From: Candidatus Aminicenantes bacterium
GTDB taxonomy: Bacteria; Acidobacteriota; Aminicenantia; Aminicenantales; Saccharicenantaceae
Direction: 5' to 3'
Length of the DNA: 64,000 nt
Assembly: GCA_963807525.1 (NCBI GenBank)
Contig: CAWECI010000025.1
Location: 95,056-159,055, forward strand
The notes beneath the pieces were generated by a model. That model made no database searches. It was not told the origin of the DNA and was given only the letters and a program-made list of their open reading frames with translations. This document shows, in pieces, positions 1 to 9,019 of this stretch (its first letter is position 1; every line of letters starts with the position of its first letter). Both the position numbers and the translations under genes were made by a program.

Positions 1-18
1 GAGGACACCTGGGGAGGT

Positions 19-1113
19 TCAGGCGTCGGGGATTGGCCAGCGCCTCCGGAAGGTCCGCAGCGGCTCTTCGAGCTCGACCATGAGGGACGGGGACATCTTC
101 TCAACGGGATCGTCCCCGGAGGGTGTTTTTTGGGGACTGTCCCCGGAGGGGACTGTCCCTCTTGATCTGACCGGGACGGTCTTTTTGCCCGCCAGAGCCT
201 TCAGGACCTCCATGACGCCATGGCCGAGGGACGGCAGGTCATAACCGCCCTCGAGCACCAGGGCCAAACGGCCGGAGGCGGTCCGGGCGGCCATGTCCGT
301 CAAGGCCCGGGCCAGACGGCCGAAGCCCGCCGCAGTCACGGCCATGCCGCCGAGCGGATCGCCGGCCGCGATGTCGAACCCAGCGCTGGAGATGATGAAC
401 TCCGGCTGGTACTCCGCCGCGATCGGGGCCAGGACCTTCTCGAAGATGTAGAGGAAGTCGGCGTCGGTCTTGCCTGCCAGCAGAGGGATGTTCAGGTTGT
501 AGCCGTGGCCTTCGCCGTGGCCGAAGAAGCGGGCCGCCCCGGTGCCCGGGTAGAGCGGCGACTGGTGGGTCGAGACGTACATCACGTCCCGCCGCTCATA
601 GAAGGCGTGCTCGGTGCCGTTGCCGTGGTGAAGGTCCCAATCGACGACGAGGACGCGGCGCAGGCCGTGCCGGCGGAGGAGATGCTCGGCGCCGATCGCG
701 GCGTTGTTGAAGAAGCAGAAGCCCATGGCTCGCGACGCCTCGGCATGATGGCCGGGCGGCCGGACCAGGGCGATCGCGTTGGGCACGGCCCCGTCCATGA
801 CCCGATCGAGCGATTCGAGGAAGCCTCCGGCGGCGAGCCGGGCCGTCTCCCACGTCATGGGGCCGGCGGTCGTATCGGCGTCCATCGGCACGGTCTTCCC
901 GGCCGTGGAGCGGACGAGATCGATGTAGCCCCGCTCGTGGACCCAGCCGAGCTCCTCTTCGGTGGCCGGCCGGGGCGGGATCGCGGTGAAGGAAACGGGA
1001 GGGTCGGTTTCGAGGAGCCGCAACAGGACCTCGATGCGGGCCGGCGACTCCACGTGGGCCGCGCCCATGTCATGGTCCATGTAGCGCCGGTCAATGACGA
1101 CGCCGGGCTTCAT
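19..1113 (-). CDS. Histone deacetylase family protein (class II-like HDAC / acetylpolyamine amidohydrolase-like)
   Basis: Motifs HVESPARI, RPPGHHA, GFCFFNN, DWDLHHGNGT, HQSPLYPGTG, SAGFD, LEGGY. Confidence 0.93.
   Translation of the reverse strand: MKPGVVIDRRYMDHDMGAAHVESPARIEVLLRLLETDPPVSFTAIPPRPATEEELGWVHERGYIDLVRSTAGKTVPMDADTTAGPMTWETARLAAGGFLESLDRVMDGAVPNAIALVRPPGHHAEASRAMGFCFFNNAAIGAEHLLRRHGLRRVLVVDWDLHHGNGTEHAFYERRDVMYVSTHQSPLYPGTGAARFFGHGEGHGYNLNIPLLAGKTDADFLYIFEKVLAPIAAEYQPEFIISSAGFDIAAGDPLGGMAVTAAGFGRLARALTDMAARTASGRLALVLEGGYDLPSLGHGVMEVLKALAGKKTVPVRSRGTVPSGDSPQKTPSGDDPVEKMSPSLMVELEEPLRTFRRRWPIPDA
132..164. repeat. REP-like GGGACTGTCCC doublet, copy 1 (inside the HDAC 3' end)
   Basis: ggggactgtccccggaggggactgtccctcttg; near-identical copies at 6576-6607 and 7479-7511. 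Confidence 0.8.
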
Positions 1114-1124
1114 CGTCCCTCCAA

Positions 1125-1226
1125 GACGGGGTCAGACCTATACCTTTTAACTTTTCCCGCTATCGAGGGCGACAAGTGGCGCGGGCCAATAAAGAGAAAG
1201 TTAAAAGGTATAGGTCTGACCCCGTC
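1125..1226. repeat. Perfect 30-bp inverted repeat (REP/REPIN-like), 42-nt spacer
   Basis: gacggggtcagacctataccttttaacttt (1125-1154) is the reverse complement of 1197-1226; related to the palindrome at 62366. Confidence 0.88.
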
Positions 1227-1242
1227 CGGATTCATCTCTTCT

Positions 1243-2748
1243 TTAGGGCTCGACGGGGCCGGGGCAGGCGTCCCCAGCCGCGTCCTTCTTGGGGAAGAAC
1301 CTTTCCAATTCCTCCGGCTTGGGCTTCGGCGTCGACAGGCTGACGATCACGAGGGCGCCGAGCGACGCGATGAGGGCCGGGTAGATGAGCGGGATGCCCC
1401 ACGGGTCGCCGTCGGGCGCCGGCACGCCGGGGATCTTGGACAGGATGAAGAAGGCCAAGCAGACCACGGTCCCGGTGATGATCGAAGCCAGGCCGCCGGC
1501 CTTGGTCACGCGTTTCCAGGCCAGGGCGGCGATGAGCGCGGGCGTGATCGCGACACCGTAGATCGTGTAGGCAAAGAAGCTCATCTCCAAGACCGACTTG
1601 AGCTGGGTGGCCAGCAAATAGGCGATGACGCCGATGGCCACGATCAGGACCTTCTGCAACGCGACCATCTTCTTGGGATCGGCGTCCTTCTTCATGAAGC
1701 GCTGGTAGATATCGCGCACGAGCGTCGTCGAGGGCGATAGAAGGTAGTTCATGCCGGTCGAAATGACGACCGCGCAGGCCGCGCCGAGGAGCAGCACGCC
1801 GACCGGGAAGGGCACGAGCTGCTTCGCGGCCATCAGCACGACCTTGCCTCCGGCCTTGGGCACGCTCAGGTCGATCTGGCCCTTGAGCTTGCTGAAGGCG
1901 AAGACGGCGATGACGACGACGATGGTCTCGACGAAGATCGTGCCGACCGTCCACCAGGCCACGGCCTTCTTGGCGTCCCGGCCCGACTTGGCGCTGTAGA
2001 ACTTCTGGTACATGCTCTGGACGCCCAGCAGCAGGAACATCGTCGAGAGGAAGTAGCCGATGGCTTTGAGCCAAGGATGGACGCCGAACTGGCTGTTGAC
2101 CACCGCGAAGTAGCCGGACGGGAGCGCGGCCTTGGCCGCCGGCAGGCCGCCCGAGGCCGTGATGACGAAGGGCACGGCCAGCAGGCAGGCCAGGACGATG
2201 ATGATGCCGTTCGGGAGGTCCGTGTAGGCGATCGCGACCATGCCGCCCAGGGCGGTGAAGAGGATGACGAACCCGGCCGCGATGATCGTGCCGTTGGCCT
2301 CGGAGATCTTGCCGTCGGTGATGACGTTGAGGATGAAGCCGCCGGCCACGAACTGGTAGGAGACGATCGAGACGAAGGACAGGATCAGGGCGACGGCCCC
2401 GAACAGCCGCGCCGCCGGCCCGTAGCGGACCTCGAGGACGTCGCCGACCGTGTATTGCCCGAAGGTGTGGATCTTGGCGGCCAGGAAGTAGATCAGGATG
2501 ATCCCGACCCAGGCGCCGCCGGCGAGCCACAAGGCGGAGAACCCGGCCTTGGAGGCGAACTCGGCCCCGCTGATGAACGTGCCCGAGCCGATCCAGGTGC
2601 AGATCAGGGTGAAGACCATGACCTGCCACTTGAGGCTCCGTCCGGCCACCATGAACTGTTCCTGGCTCTTGATCCGCCGGGACCGGATGAAGTTGAGGAC
2701 CGTGAGCGCGATGAGATACGCGAGGATGATGATGAGGTAGGTCGACAT
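1243..2748 (-). CDS. Sodium:solute symporter (SSS) family protein
   Basis: 501 aa, about 13 hydrophobic segments, FMVAGRSL, TWIGSGTF, FTALGGMVAIAYTD, LSPSTTLVRDIY. Confidence 0.92.
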   Translation of the reverse strand: MSTYLIIILAYLIALTVLNFIRSRRIKSQEQFMVAGRSLKWQVMVFTLICTWIGSGTFISGAEFASKAGFSALWLAGGAWVGIILIYFLAAKIHTFGQYTVGDVLEVRYGPAARLFGAVALILSFVSIVSYQFVAGGFILNVITDGKISEANGTIIAAGFVILFTALGGMVAIAYTDLPNGIIIVLACLLAVPFVITASGGLPAAKAALPSGYFAVVNSQFGVHPWLKAIGYFLSTMFLLLGVQSMYQKFYSAKSGRDAKKAVAWWTVGTIFVETIVVVIAVFAFSKLKGQIDLSVPKAGGKVVLMAAKQLVPFPVGVLLLGAACAVVISTGMNYLLSPSTTLVRDIYQRFMKKDADPKKMVALQKVLIVAIGVIAYLLATQLKSVLEMSFFAYTIYGVAITPALIAALAWKRVTKAGGLASIITGTVVCLAFFILSKIPGVPAPDGDPWGIPLIYPALIASLGALVIVSLSTPKPKPEELERFFPKKDAAGDACPGPVEP

Positions 2749-2779
2749 CCGCCCTCCTTCGGGCCGGACCGGTCCGGCC

Positions 2780-5700
2780 TCAGACTTGGAGATCGGGCGG
2801 CAGCTCGCCGCCCTTCCGCTCGAGCTTGACCGATAGCAGCCGGGTCATGTTCGGCTCGGCCATGGTCGTGCCGTAGATGTAGTCGGCCACTTCCATCGTC
2901 TTGTAGTTGTGGGTGATGATGATGAACTGGGTCTGGTGCTTGATCGTCTTCATCAAGTCGAGGAAGCGGGCCAGGTTGACGTCGTCGAGGGCCGCGTCGA
3001 CCTCGTCCAGGAAGCAGAAGGGCGAGGGCCGGTAGCGGAACAGGGCGAAGAGGAACGCCAGCGAGGTCAGGGACTTCTCGCCGCCCGAGAGGAGCGACAG
3101 GTTCTGGACGCGCTTGCCCGGCGGCTGGGCCACGATCTCGACGCCGCTCTCGAGCGGGTTGTCCGGCTCGAGCAGCTTGACCTCGGCGTTGCCGCCCTTG
3201 AAGAGGGCCGTGAAGAGCTCGGCGAAATTCTTGTTGACCTGCTCGAGGGCCTTGGCGAACTGGTCCTTGCTCTCCTCGTCGATCTTCTTGATGGCCTCGA
3301 CCGTCGAGGTGATCGAATCGCGGAGGTCCTGCCGCTGCTGGGTCAGGAACTCGAAGCGCTTCTTCTGCTCGGCGAACTCCTCCTCGGCCATCAGGTTGAC
3401 GGCCTTGAAGCGGGCGATGGCCTCCCGCGCTTCCTCGAGCTCCTTCTCCACGTCCTCGTCGGTCATCTCGGCCAGGGGCCGCCATTTCTTGAGGGTCCGG
3501 CGGGTCTTGACGGCCTGAGGCGCTTCGGCCCCGGCCTCGGCCGGCGCCGCGGCTTCGGCCGCGGGCTGGCCCTCGTCGCTGCCAGCCTCGTCGGCCCCGT
3601 TCTCCCCGATCTCCTCCTCGCCAAGGTCCTCGGCTTCGGCCTCTTCGGCGGCGGGGGAGGGGGCGCCGATCGGCGCGACGGTCTGGGCCTCGGCCCGGAG
3701 CTCGGCGATGGTCTTCTTGAGCTCCTGCCAGCACATCTCGTCGAGGTTGACCAGGTCGCGCTCGACCTCGGCCTTGCGGATCTCGTGGCGGATGCGCTCG
3801 TTCTTGGCCTCTTCTTCGGCCTCACGGCTTTTCTGGACGGCCGCCTCGAGGCCTTCGAGCGCCTTGCGGGCGTCGTCGAGACGGCCTTCGGTCGCTTCGA
3901 GCCCGGTCTCGGCCGCGGCCCTCTCCTCGGCCAGCGTCCGGCCGCTCTCCCGCAGGGCGGCGATCTCCTCGCGCAGGCGGGCCTGGTCCTCGTCGCCCTT
4001 CAGGATGTCGTTTTCGAGCGTTTGGATCTTGGAGGTCGCGGCTTCCTTGCGCTTCTCGGCGGTCCGGATCTGGTCGCCGAGGCCGTTCATCCTCTCCTGG
4101 ACGACGTCAAGCCCGGACTTGGCCTCGAAGAAGCGCCGTTCGAGGGCCGCCTCCCGGGCGGCGAATCCCGCCTGGTCGTGTTCCTGGCCTTCGATCTCCT
4201 GTCTCAGCGAAAGGACTTCGGCCTCGAGCCGGGTCAGCCCTTCGCCGGTGCCCCGAAGGACCTCCTCGAGCCGCTGCTTTTCGCCGCGGAGGACCTCGAT
4301 CTCCCGGCCGAGGATCGACCGCGTGGCGCGGATCTTCTCGCCGTCGCCGAGCCCGTACCGGTGCTCGCGCTCGCGGTCCTGGATGATGCGTTCGGTCCGT
4401 TCGAGCTCATCGCGGACGGCGGCCAAATCCCGCTCGACGGCCGCGACGGCCTTCGATCTTTCTTCGATCTCGGCCGCGACCGGCAGGGACTCGGACTCCA
4501 GGCGCGCCGCCTCGGCCTCGAGCCGTCGGATCTCGGAAGCGAGGGCGACGGCGCCTTCGGCCTTTTGGCCCAGCTTGAGGAGCCCCGAAGCCAGGAGCAG
4601 GTCGCCCGCCGGCGTCAGATAGTTGAGCTCCGGATGGTCGATCCAGGCCTTGACCGCCTCGCCCGCGTCCCGGACGATGACGGCGTCCTCGAGGCCAGCC
4701 AGGCGGCCCTTGAGCCGCTCATCAGGCTCGATGAGGCTCTTGAGAAGCCCGATGACCCCGGGGCGCGCCAGGACCTCGGCCGGAACCGCGGGCCGGGCCG
4801 CGGCTGGGACGAGCAGGTAATTGCCCCGCAGGCCCGCCGGCAATCCGCCGACGAGCTCCTCGGCCGGGATGACCCGGGACCGGGCGCCTTCGCGCCAGAA
4901 CGCATCGAACAGGACGGCGTTCTCGGGGCTCGTCCGGATGAGATCGGCCAGGATGCCGAGGCCGCCCGGCACGTCGGCCGGGCTGTCCTCGCGGGCCTTC
5001 TCGTCGATCCGGCGCAGGGCTTGGAGATGATAGGCCGTTTCGTCGCGCTTCGACTTGAGGGCTTCCAGCCGCCGGCGGGCCTCCTCGGCGGCGTTCTGGG
5101 CCGCGCCGAGGCCCGTCTTGAAGTCCTCGGCCCGGCTGACCAGGGCCTCGCGCAGGGCCCGGACCTCGGCGATGTCGCGCTCGAGGGCGGCCGTGCGGCC
5201 GGCGCTCTCGACGAGGGACGTGTCTTGCTCCGCGAACTGGGCGGCCAGCTTCTCGTCCTGGCGGGCGAGGAGCTCGAGCTCCTTCTCGGTCTTGACGTTC
5301 TCGTTCTTGATCTCGGTCAGGGCCTGGATCGTCTGGAGGTAGAACCCTCTCAGGCGTTCGACCTCGCGGCCGGCGAAGAGGCGCGCTTCGCGGGCGGCGG
5401 CGAGGTCCGTCTCGGCGATCGACGCCTCGGACCGGCTGGCCGCGAGCGACCCTTCGTGGCCGCCCAGCCGGCCCCGGAGCTCTTCGATCTCCCGGGTGAG
5501 GTAGAGCACGTCCTCGAGGAGCTCGTTGCGGTCGCTCTGGGCCCGCTTCTTCTTGTCCTCGAAGAACTCGATGCGCTTGGACTCGCGCTCGATGTCGCTC
5601 TCGATCCGGGCGGCCCGGGACTTGAGCCCGAAGACGCGTTCCTGACCGTCCTTGAGGGCTCTTTCCAGCTCCCAGAGCTCCTTGCGGCGGGCGGCGGCGT

Positions 5701-6487
5701 CCCTTTCCTCGCTCTTGAGGAGGGCCGTTGCGTCGGTCTCACGCTTCAGGCCGGCGTCGTAGAGGGCCGCGGCCTCCTGCTGGGACCTTTCGAGCACGAC
5801 GAGCTTCCGTTGGTAATGATGCGAGGTCAGCTCGCGGATGCGCTCGCGCAGGCGCCGGTAGCGGTTGGCGGCCTGGGCCTGGCGCTGGAGGGAGTTCTTG
5901 GCCTTCTCGACCTCGATGATGATGTCCTCGAGGCGGATGAGATTCTGTTCGGTGCTGTCGAGCTTCGATTGGGCCTGGCGCTTCTTGTCCTTGTAGTAGG
6001 CCGTGCCCGCGGCTTCCTCGATGAACACCCGCTTCTCGTTCGGCTTGGAGGTGACGAAATTGCCGATCGAGCCCTGCTCGATGACGAAATAATCGGAGGC
6101 CCCGATGGCGTGCTTCCAGAGCTCGTCCTGGATGTCCTTGAGACGGACGGTCTTGCCGTTCATCCGGTATTCGTTTTCGCCGGAGCGGAAGGCCCGGTGG
6201 GAGATGGTCATCTCTTCATCGTCGCCGGCCAGGCTCAGGACGGAGTCGGCCATGGACAGGGCCGGGCGCTTGGCGTTGCCCGAGAAGATGACCTCCTCGG
6301 TCCGATCGCCGCGGACGACCTTCTGGCGGCGGCCGCCGAGAGACCAAAGCATGGCATCGACGAGATTGGACTTGCCCGTGCCGTTGGGGCCGACGATGGC
6401 CGTGATGCCGGGGTGGAAGACGATCTTGGTGCGCTCGGCGAAGGATTTGAATCCCTGAAGCTCGAGCTTCTTGATGATCATGCTCAT
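2780..6487 (-). CDS. smc: Chromosome segregation protein SMC
   Basis: Walker A GPNGTGKSN, Q-loop IEQG, two coiled coils with central hinge, LSGGEKS signature, Walker B/D-loop LDEVDAALD, IIITHN. Confidence 0.96.
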   Translation of the reverse strand: MSMIIKKLELQGFKSFAERTKIVFHPGITAIVGPNGTGKSNLVDAMLWSLGGRRQKVVRGDRTEEVIFSGNAKRPALSMADSVLSLAGDDEEMTISHRAFRSGENEYRMNGKTVRLKDIQDELWKHAIGASDYFVIEQGSIGNFVTSKPNEKRVFIEEAAGTAYYKDKKRQAQSKLDSTEQNLIRLEDIIIEVEKAKNSLQRQAQAANRYRRLRERIRELTSHHYQRKLVVLERSQQEAAALYDAGLKRETDATALLKSEERDAAARRKELWELERALKDGQERVFGLKSRAARIESDIERESKRIEFFEDKKKRAQSDRNELLEDVLYLTREIEELRGRLGGHEGSLAASRSEASIAETDLAAAREARLFAGREVERLRGFYLQTIQALTEIKNENVKTEKELELLARQDEKLAAQFAEQDTSLVESAGRTAALERDIAEVRALREALVSRAEDFKTGLGAAQNAAEEARRRLEALKSKRDETAYHLQALRRIDEKAREDSPADVPGGLGILADLIRTSPENAVLFDAFWREGARSRVIPAEELVGGLPAGLRGNYLLVPAAARPAVPAEVLARPGVIGLLKSLIEPDERLKGRLAGLEDAVIVRDAGEAVKAWIDHPELNYLTPAGDLLLASGLLKLGQKAEGAVALASEIRRLEAEAARLESESLPVAAEIEERSKAVAAVERDLAAVRDELERTERIIQDREREHRYGLGDGEKIRATRSILGREIEVLRGEKQRLEEVLRGTGEGLTRLEAEVLSLRQEIEGQEHDQAGFAAREAALERRFFEAKSGLDVVQERMNGLGDQIRTAEKRKEAATSKIQTLENDILKGDEDQARLREEIAALRESGRTLAEERAAAETGLEATEGRLDDARKALEGLEAAVQKSREAEEEAKNERIRHEIRKAEVERDLVNLDEMCWQELKKTIAELRAEAQTVAPIGAPSPAAEEAEAEDLGEEEIGENGADEAGSDEGQPAAEAAAPAEAGAEAPQAVKTRRTLKKWRPLAEMTDEDVEKELEEAREAIARFKAVNLMAEEEFAEQKKRFEFLTQQRQDLRDSITSTVEAIKKIDEESKDQFAKALEQVNKNFAELFTALFKGGNAEVKLLEPDNPLESGVEIVAQPPGKRVQNLSLLSGGEKSLTSLAFLFALFRYRPSPFCFLDEVDAALDDVNLARFLDLMKTIKHQTQFIIITHNYKTMEVADYIYGTTMAEPNMTRLLSVKLERKGGELPPDLQV

Positions 6488-6575
6488 GATAAAAAGGCGC
6501 TTTCAGTCGAGTCGGCCCGACCCCCTGGGCCGAGCGAGAGGGCTATTGTAAGCGAATCGCCCCCTTTTTGGAATA

Positions 6576-6607
6576 GGGGCTGTCCCCGGAGGGGACTGTC
6601 CCTCTTG
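6576..6607. repeat. REP-like GGGACTGTCCC doublet, copy 2
   Basis: ggggctgtccccggaggggactgtccctcttg in the smc-tonB divergent intergenic region. Confidence 0.8.
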
Positions 6608-6612
6608 TCTTG

Positions 6613-6638
6613 GGAATAAGAGCGCCCCTGAATTGTAT
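6613..6638 (+). promoter_or_regulatory. Putative ECF-type promoter GGAATAA-N14-TGTAT upstream of tonB paralogue
   Basis: Same boxes and spacing occur at 32036-32061 before the ECF sigma gene. Confidence 0.55.
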
Positions 6639-6686
6639 TCAGTATGGAAGCGCAAGCTCCCGAGATTCTCCGGAAAGGAGGCGAAG

Positions 6687-7415
6687 ATGTTCCAAGATGC
6701 CCTGTTCGTCCCGGACCGGAATTGGCGGACGCGGGCGGCGGCCTTGCCGATCGCGACGCTGGCCCACGCCCTGGCCCTGACGCTCCTCGTGATGCTGCCT
6801 CTGTTGCGCCTCGGCGATCTGCCGAAGGTCGACATTTCGGACGTGATCGTCGTGCCGGCGCTTCCGACGACGCCGCTGCCGCCGCCGAAGGCGAGAACCG
6901 GCAACCCCGGGGCGCGCATCAAGGCCCGCCATATGGCGATCTCTTCGGGCGAGTCCTGGCGGCTGGCCCCCGTTGAGATACCTCAAGGGATCGTCGAGGA
7001 AAGCTTCGGGGCGGGCGGCGCGGAAAATGGGATCCCGGGCGGCGTCGATTATGGGGCAGGGGAGGGCGTCACCGCCAACCTGCTGGGGGCCGACCTTTAC
7101 CAGCTGGTCGGCAAGCCCGCCGAACCTCCCGTCCGCGCCGTCGGTGACGTCAAGTCGCCGCGGCTCATCCGGCGCGTCGAGCCCGGGTACCCCGAACTGG
7201 CCCGGCAGGCCCACCAGCAGGGGGTCGTCATCCTCGAAGCCACGACCGACATTTATGGCCGGGTTGTCGCTGTCAGGGTCCTCCGTTCGCTGCCGCTTCT
7301 CGACCAGGCCGCCATCGACGCCGTCCGGCAGTGGGTCTACGAGCCCCTGCTCCTCAACGGCCGTCCGCGGCCGGTGACTTTCACCGTGACCGTCACCTTC
7401 GTCTTGAAGAACTGA
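6687..7415 (+). CDS. Energy transducer TonB family protein
   Basis: SD AAGGAGG 5 nt before ATG 6687; N-terminal TM with His (ATLAH), Pro-rich linker, TonB_C domain YPELARQA..QGVVILEA..RSLPLLDQAAIDAVRQWVYEP. Confidence 0.9.
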   Translation: MFQDALFVPDRNWRTRAAALPIATLAHALALTLLVMLPLLRLGDLPKVDISDVIVVPALPTTPLPPPKARTGNPGARIKARHMAISSGESWRLAPVEIPQGIVEESFGAGGAENGIPGGVDYGAGEGVTANLLGADLYQLVGKPAEPPVRAVGDVKSPRLIRRVEPGYPELARQAHQQGVVILEATTDIYGRVVAVRVLRSLPLLDQAAIDAVRQWVYEPLLLNGRPRPVTFTVTVTFVLKN

Positions 7416-7453
7416 CGCCGGACTGAACGATCGTCTCCTCGGGAGACTGAGGA

Positions 7454-7511
7454 GGGACTGTCCCCGAATGGGGACTGAGGGACTGTCCCCGGAGGGGGAC
7501 TGTCCCTCTTG
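7454..7511. repeat. REP-like GGGACTGTCCC cluster, copy 3 plus partial units
   Basis: gggactgtcccc at 7454-7465, gggactga at 7471, full doublet at 7479-7511. Confidence 0.8.
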
Positions 7512-7565
7512 TCTGAGAGCTGACGAGATCCCTCGGGCGTGCGCCCCCTCCGTGTACCCCCTAAT

Positions 7566-7594
7566 TTGACAGGGAACCCCGTTTCGTTTAACTT
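7566..7594 (+). promoter_or_regulatory. Sigma70 promoter of tRNA-Thr
   Basis: TTGACA-N17-TAACTT ending 15 nt upstream of the tRNA. Confidence 0.7.
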
Positions 7595-7609
7595 ACTTAG
7601 GCCTCCCAA

Positions 7610-7685
7610 GCCAGCGTAGCTCAGTCGGTAGAGCAGCTGATTCGTAATCAGCAGGTCGGAGGTTCGATCCCTCTCGCTGGCTCCA
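7610..7685 (+). tRNA. tRNA-Thr(CGT)
   Basis: 76 nt; acceptor GCCAGCG/CGCTGGC, D-arm GCTC-AGTCGGTA-GAGC, anticodon stem GCTGA/TCAGC with loop TTCGTAA, T-loop GGTTCGATCC, encoded CCA. Confidence 0.97.
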
Positions 7686-7800
7686 TCGATTTTCTCCATT
7701 TAGCGCGCCAAAATCAGGGACTTAGACCCCGAGCCAAAGCAGATCCGGGTAGCAGATCTCCGCTGGACTCGACCCCAATTCCCAAGGCAAGATTGGTATA

Positions 7801-8976
7801 ATGGCTGTCATGAAGAAGGACGTGGTAATCATCGGTGCGGGCGCCGCGGGTCTTTTTTGCGCCGTCGAGTGCGGAAAGCGGGGCCGGTCGGTCGTCCTAC
7901 TCGAACACACCGGGACCATCGGGAATAAGATCCGGATCTCGGGAGGTGGCGCCTGCAACTTCACGAACCGCTTTTCGGACGGGACCCATTTTGTTTCGTC
8001 GAACCCGCACTTCGCGAGATCCGCTCTTTCCCGTTTCACACCGCAGGACATGATGGCGCTCCTCGAGCGCCACAAGATCCGGATCGTTGAAAGAAAATGG
8101 GGCCAGCTTTTCACCCGGGACGGGGCAGGATGGATCGTGAAAATGTTTCAAGACGAATGCGCCCGGGCGAAAGTCGAGACCCAACTCCATTGCCGAATAT
8201 TGGCAGTTTCAAAAAGAGAGCTGTTTGAAGTTGTTTCCAGCCAGGGCCATTTTGAGTCTGAATCGCTTGTGATCGCGACCGGAGGCCTCGCTAGGCCGAA
8301 GATCGGGGCCACGCCCTTAGGTTACCAACTCGCCCGGCAATTCGGGATGAATGTCATCGAACCTGTTCCCGCTTTGGTCCCACTTTTGTGGAGCGAAAAC
8401 GATCAAAATAGTTTCAGGGACTTGTCGGGACTCGCTTTCGATACGATCGTGAAATGCGGACGCCATCGTTATCGGGAAAATATTCTTTTCACGCACCGAG
8501 GATTGAGCGGGCCCGCCATTCTGCAAATATCTTCGCATTGGAAAGAAGGCCAGGCGATCTCGATCGATCTGTTTCCCGAAAGCGATATCTATCGGGAATT
8601 GATGATCCATCGGAGAGAAAAAACGGAGATGAGCACTTTTCTCGCCTCGTTTTTGCCGAAACGGTTCGCTAAAAAATGGTGCGGGCTCTATTTCCCTTCC
8701 AAGCCCTTGAACCGGACCTCTGAAAAAGAATTCAGATCGGCCGCGGAACGATTGCACGATTGGCAGGTGACGCCTCAAAAAAAGGACGGATACGGCGCCG
8801 CCGAAGTGACGGGCGGGGGGGTGGACACAGACGAAGTCTCCTCCAAAACCATGGAATCCAAAAAAATGCCCGGCTTGTTTATCGCGGGGGAAGTGCTGGA
8901 TGTGACGGGCGAACTGGGAGGATACAATTTGCAGTGGGCGTGGTCTTCGGGCTGGGCTGCTGGCCAATTCGCCTGA
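7801..8976 (+). CDS. NAD(P)/FAD-dependent oxidoreductase, HI0933/BaiN(YhiN) family
   Basis: GAGAAG, KIRISGGGACNFTN, LVIATGG, LFTHRGLSGPAIL, AEVTGGGV, GELGGYNLQWAWSSG. Confidence 0.93.
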   Translation: MAVMKKDVVIIGAGAAGLFCAVECGKRGRSVVLLEHTGTIGNKIRISGGGACNFTNRFSDGTHFVSSNPHFARSALSRFTPQDMMALLERHKIRIVERKWGQLFTRDGAGWIVKMFQDECARAKVETQLHCRILAVSKRELFEVVSSQGHFESESLVIATGGLARPKIGATPLGYQLARQFGMNVIEPVPALVPLLWSENDQNSFRDLSGLAFDTIVKCGRHRYRENILFTHRGLSGPAILQISSHWKEGQAISIDLFPESDIYRELMIHRREKTEMSTFLASFLPKRFAKKWCGLYFPSKPLNRTSEKEFRSAAERLHDWQVTPQKKDGYGAAEVTGGGVDTDEVSSKTMESKKMPGLFIAGEVLDVTGELGGYNLQWAWSSGWAAGQFA

Positions 8977-9019
8977 AGGATGCCGATATTAACAGGCTTT
9001 ATAAGAACTCAAATGTCAT

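Noticed and set aside
2909-6619. 1236-aa plus-strand ORF (and similar long ORFs at 220, 39597, 43852, 52495)
   Set aside because: Antisense shadows of real genes, expected in high-GC DNA; no motifs.
7441-7515. CRISPR-like repeat cluster
   Set aside because: Repeats are 11-33 nt, irregular and lack uniform spacers; no cas genes. They fit a REP family.
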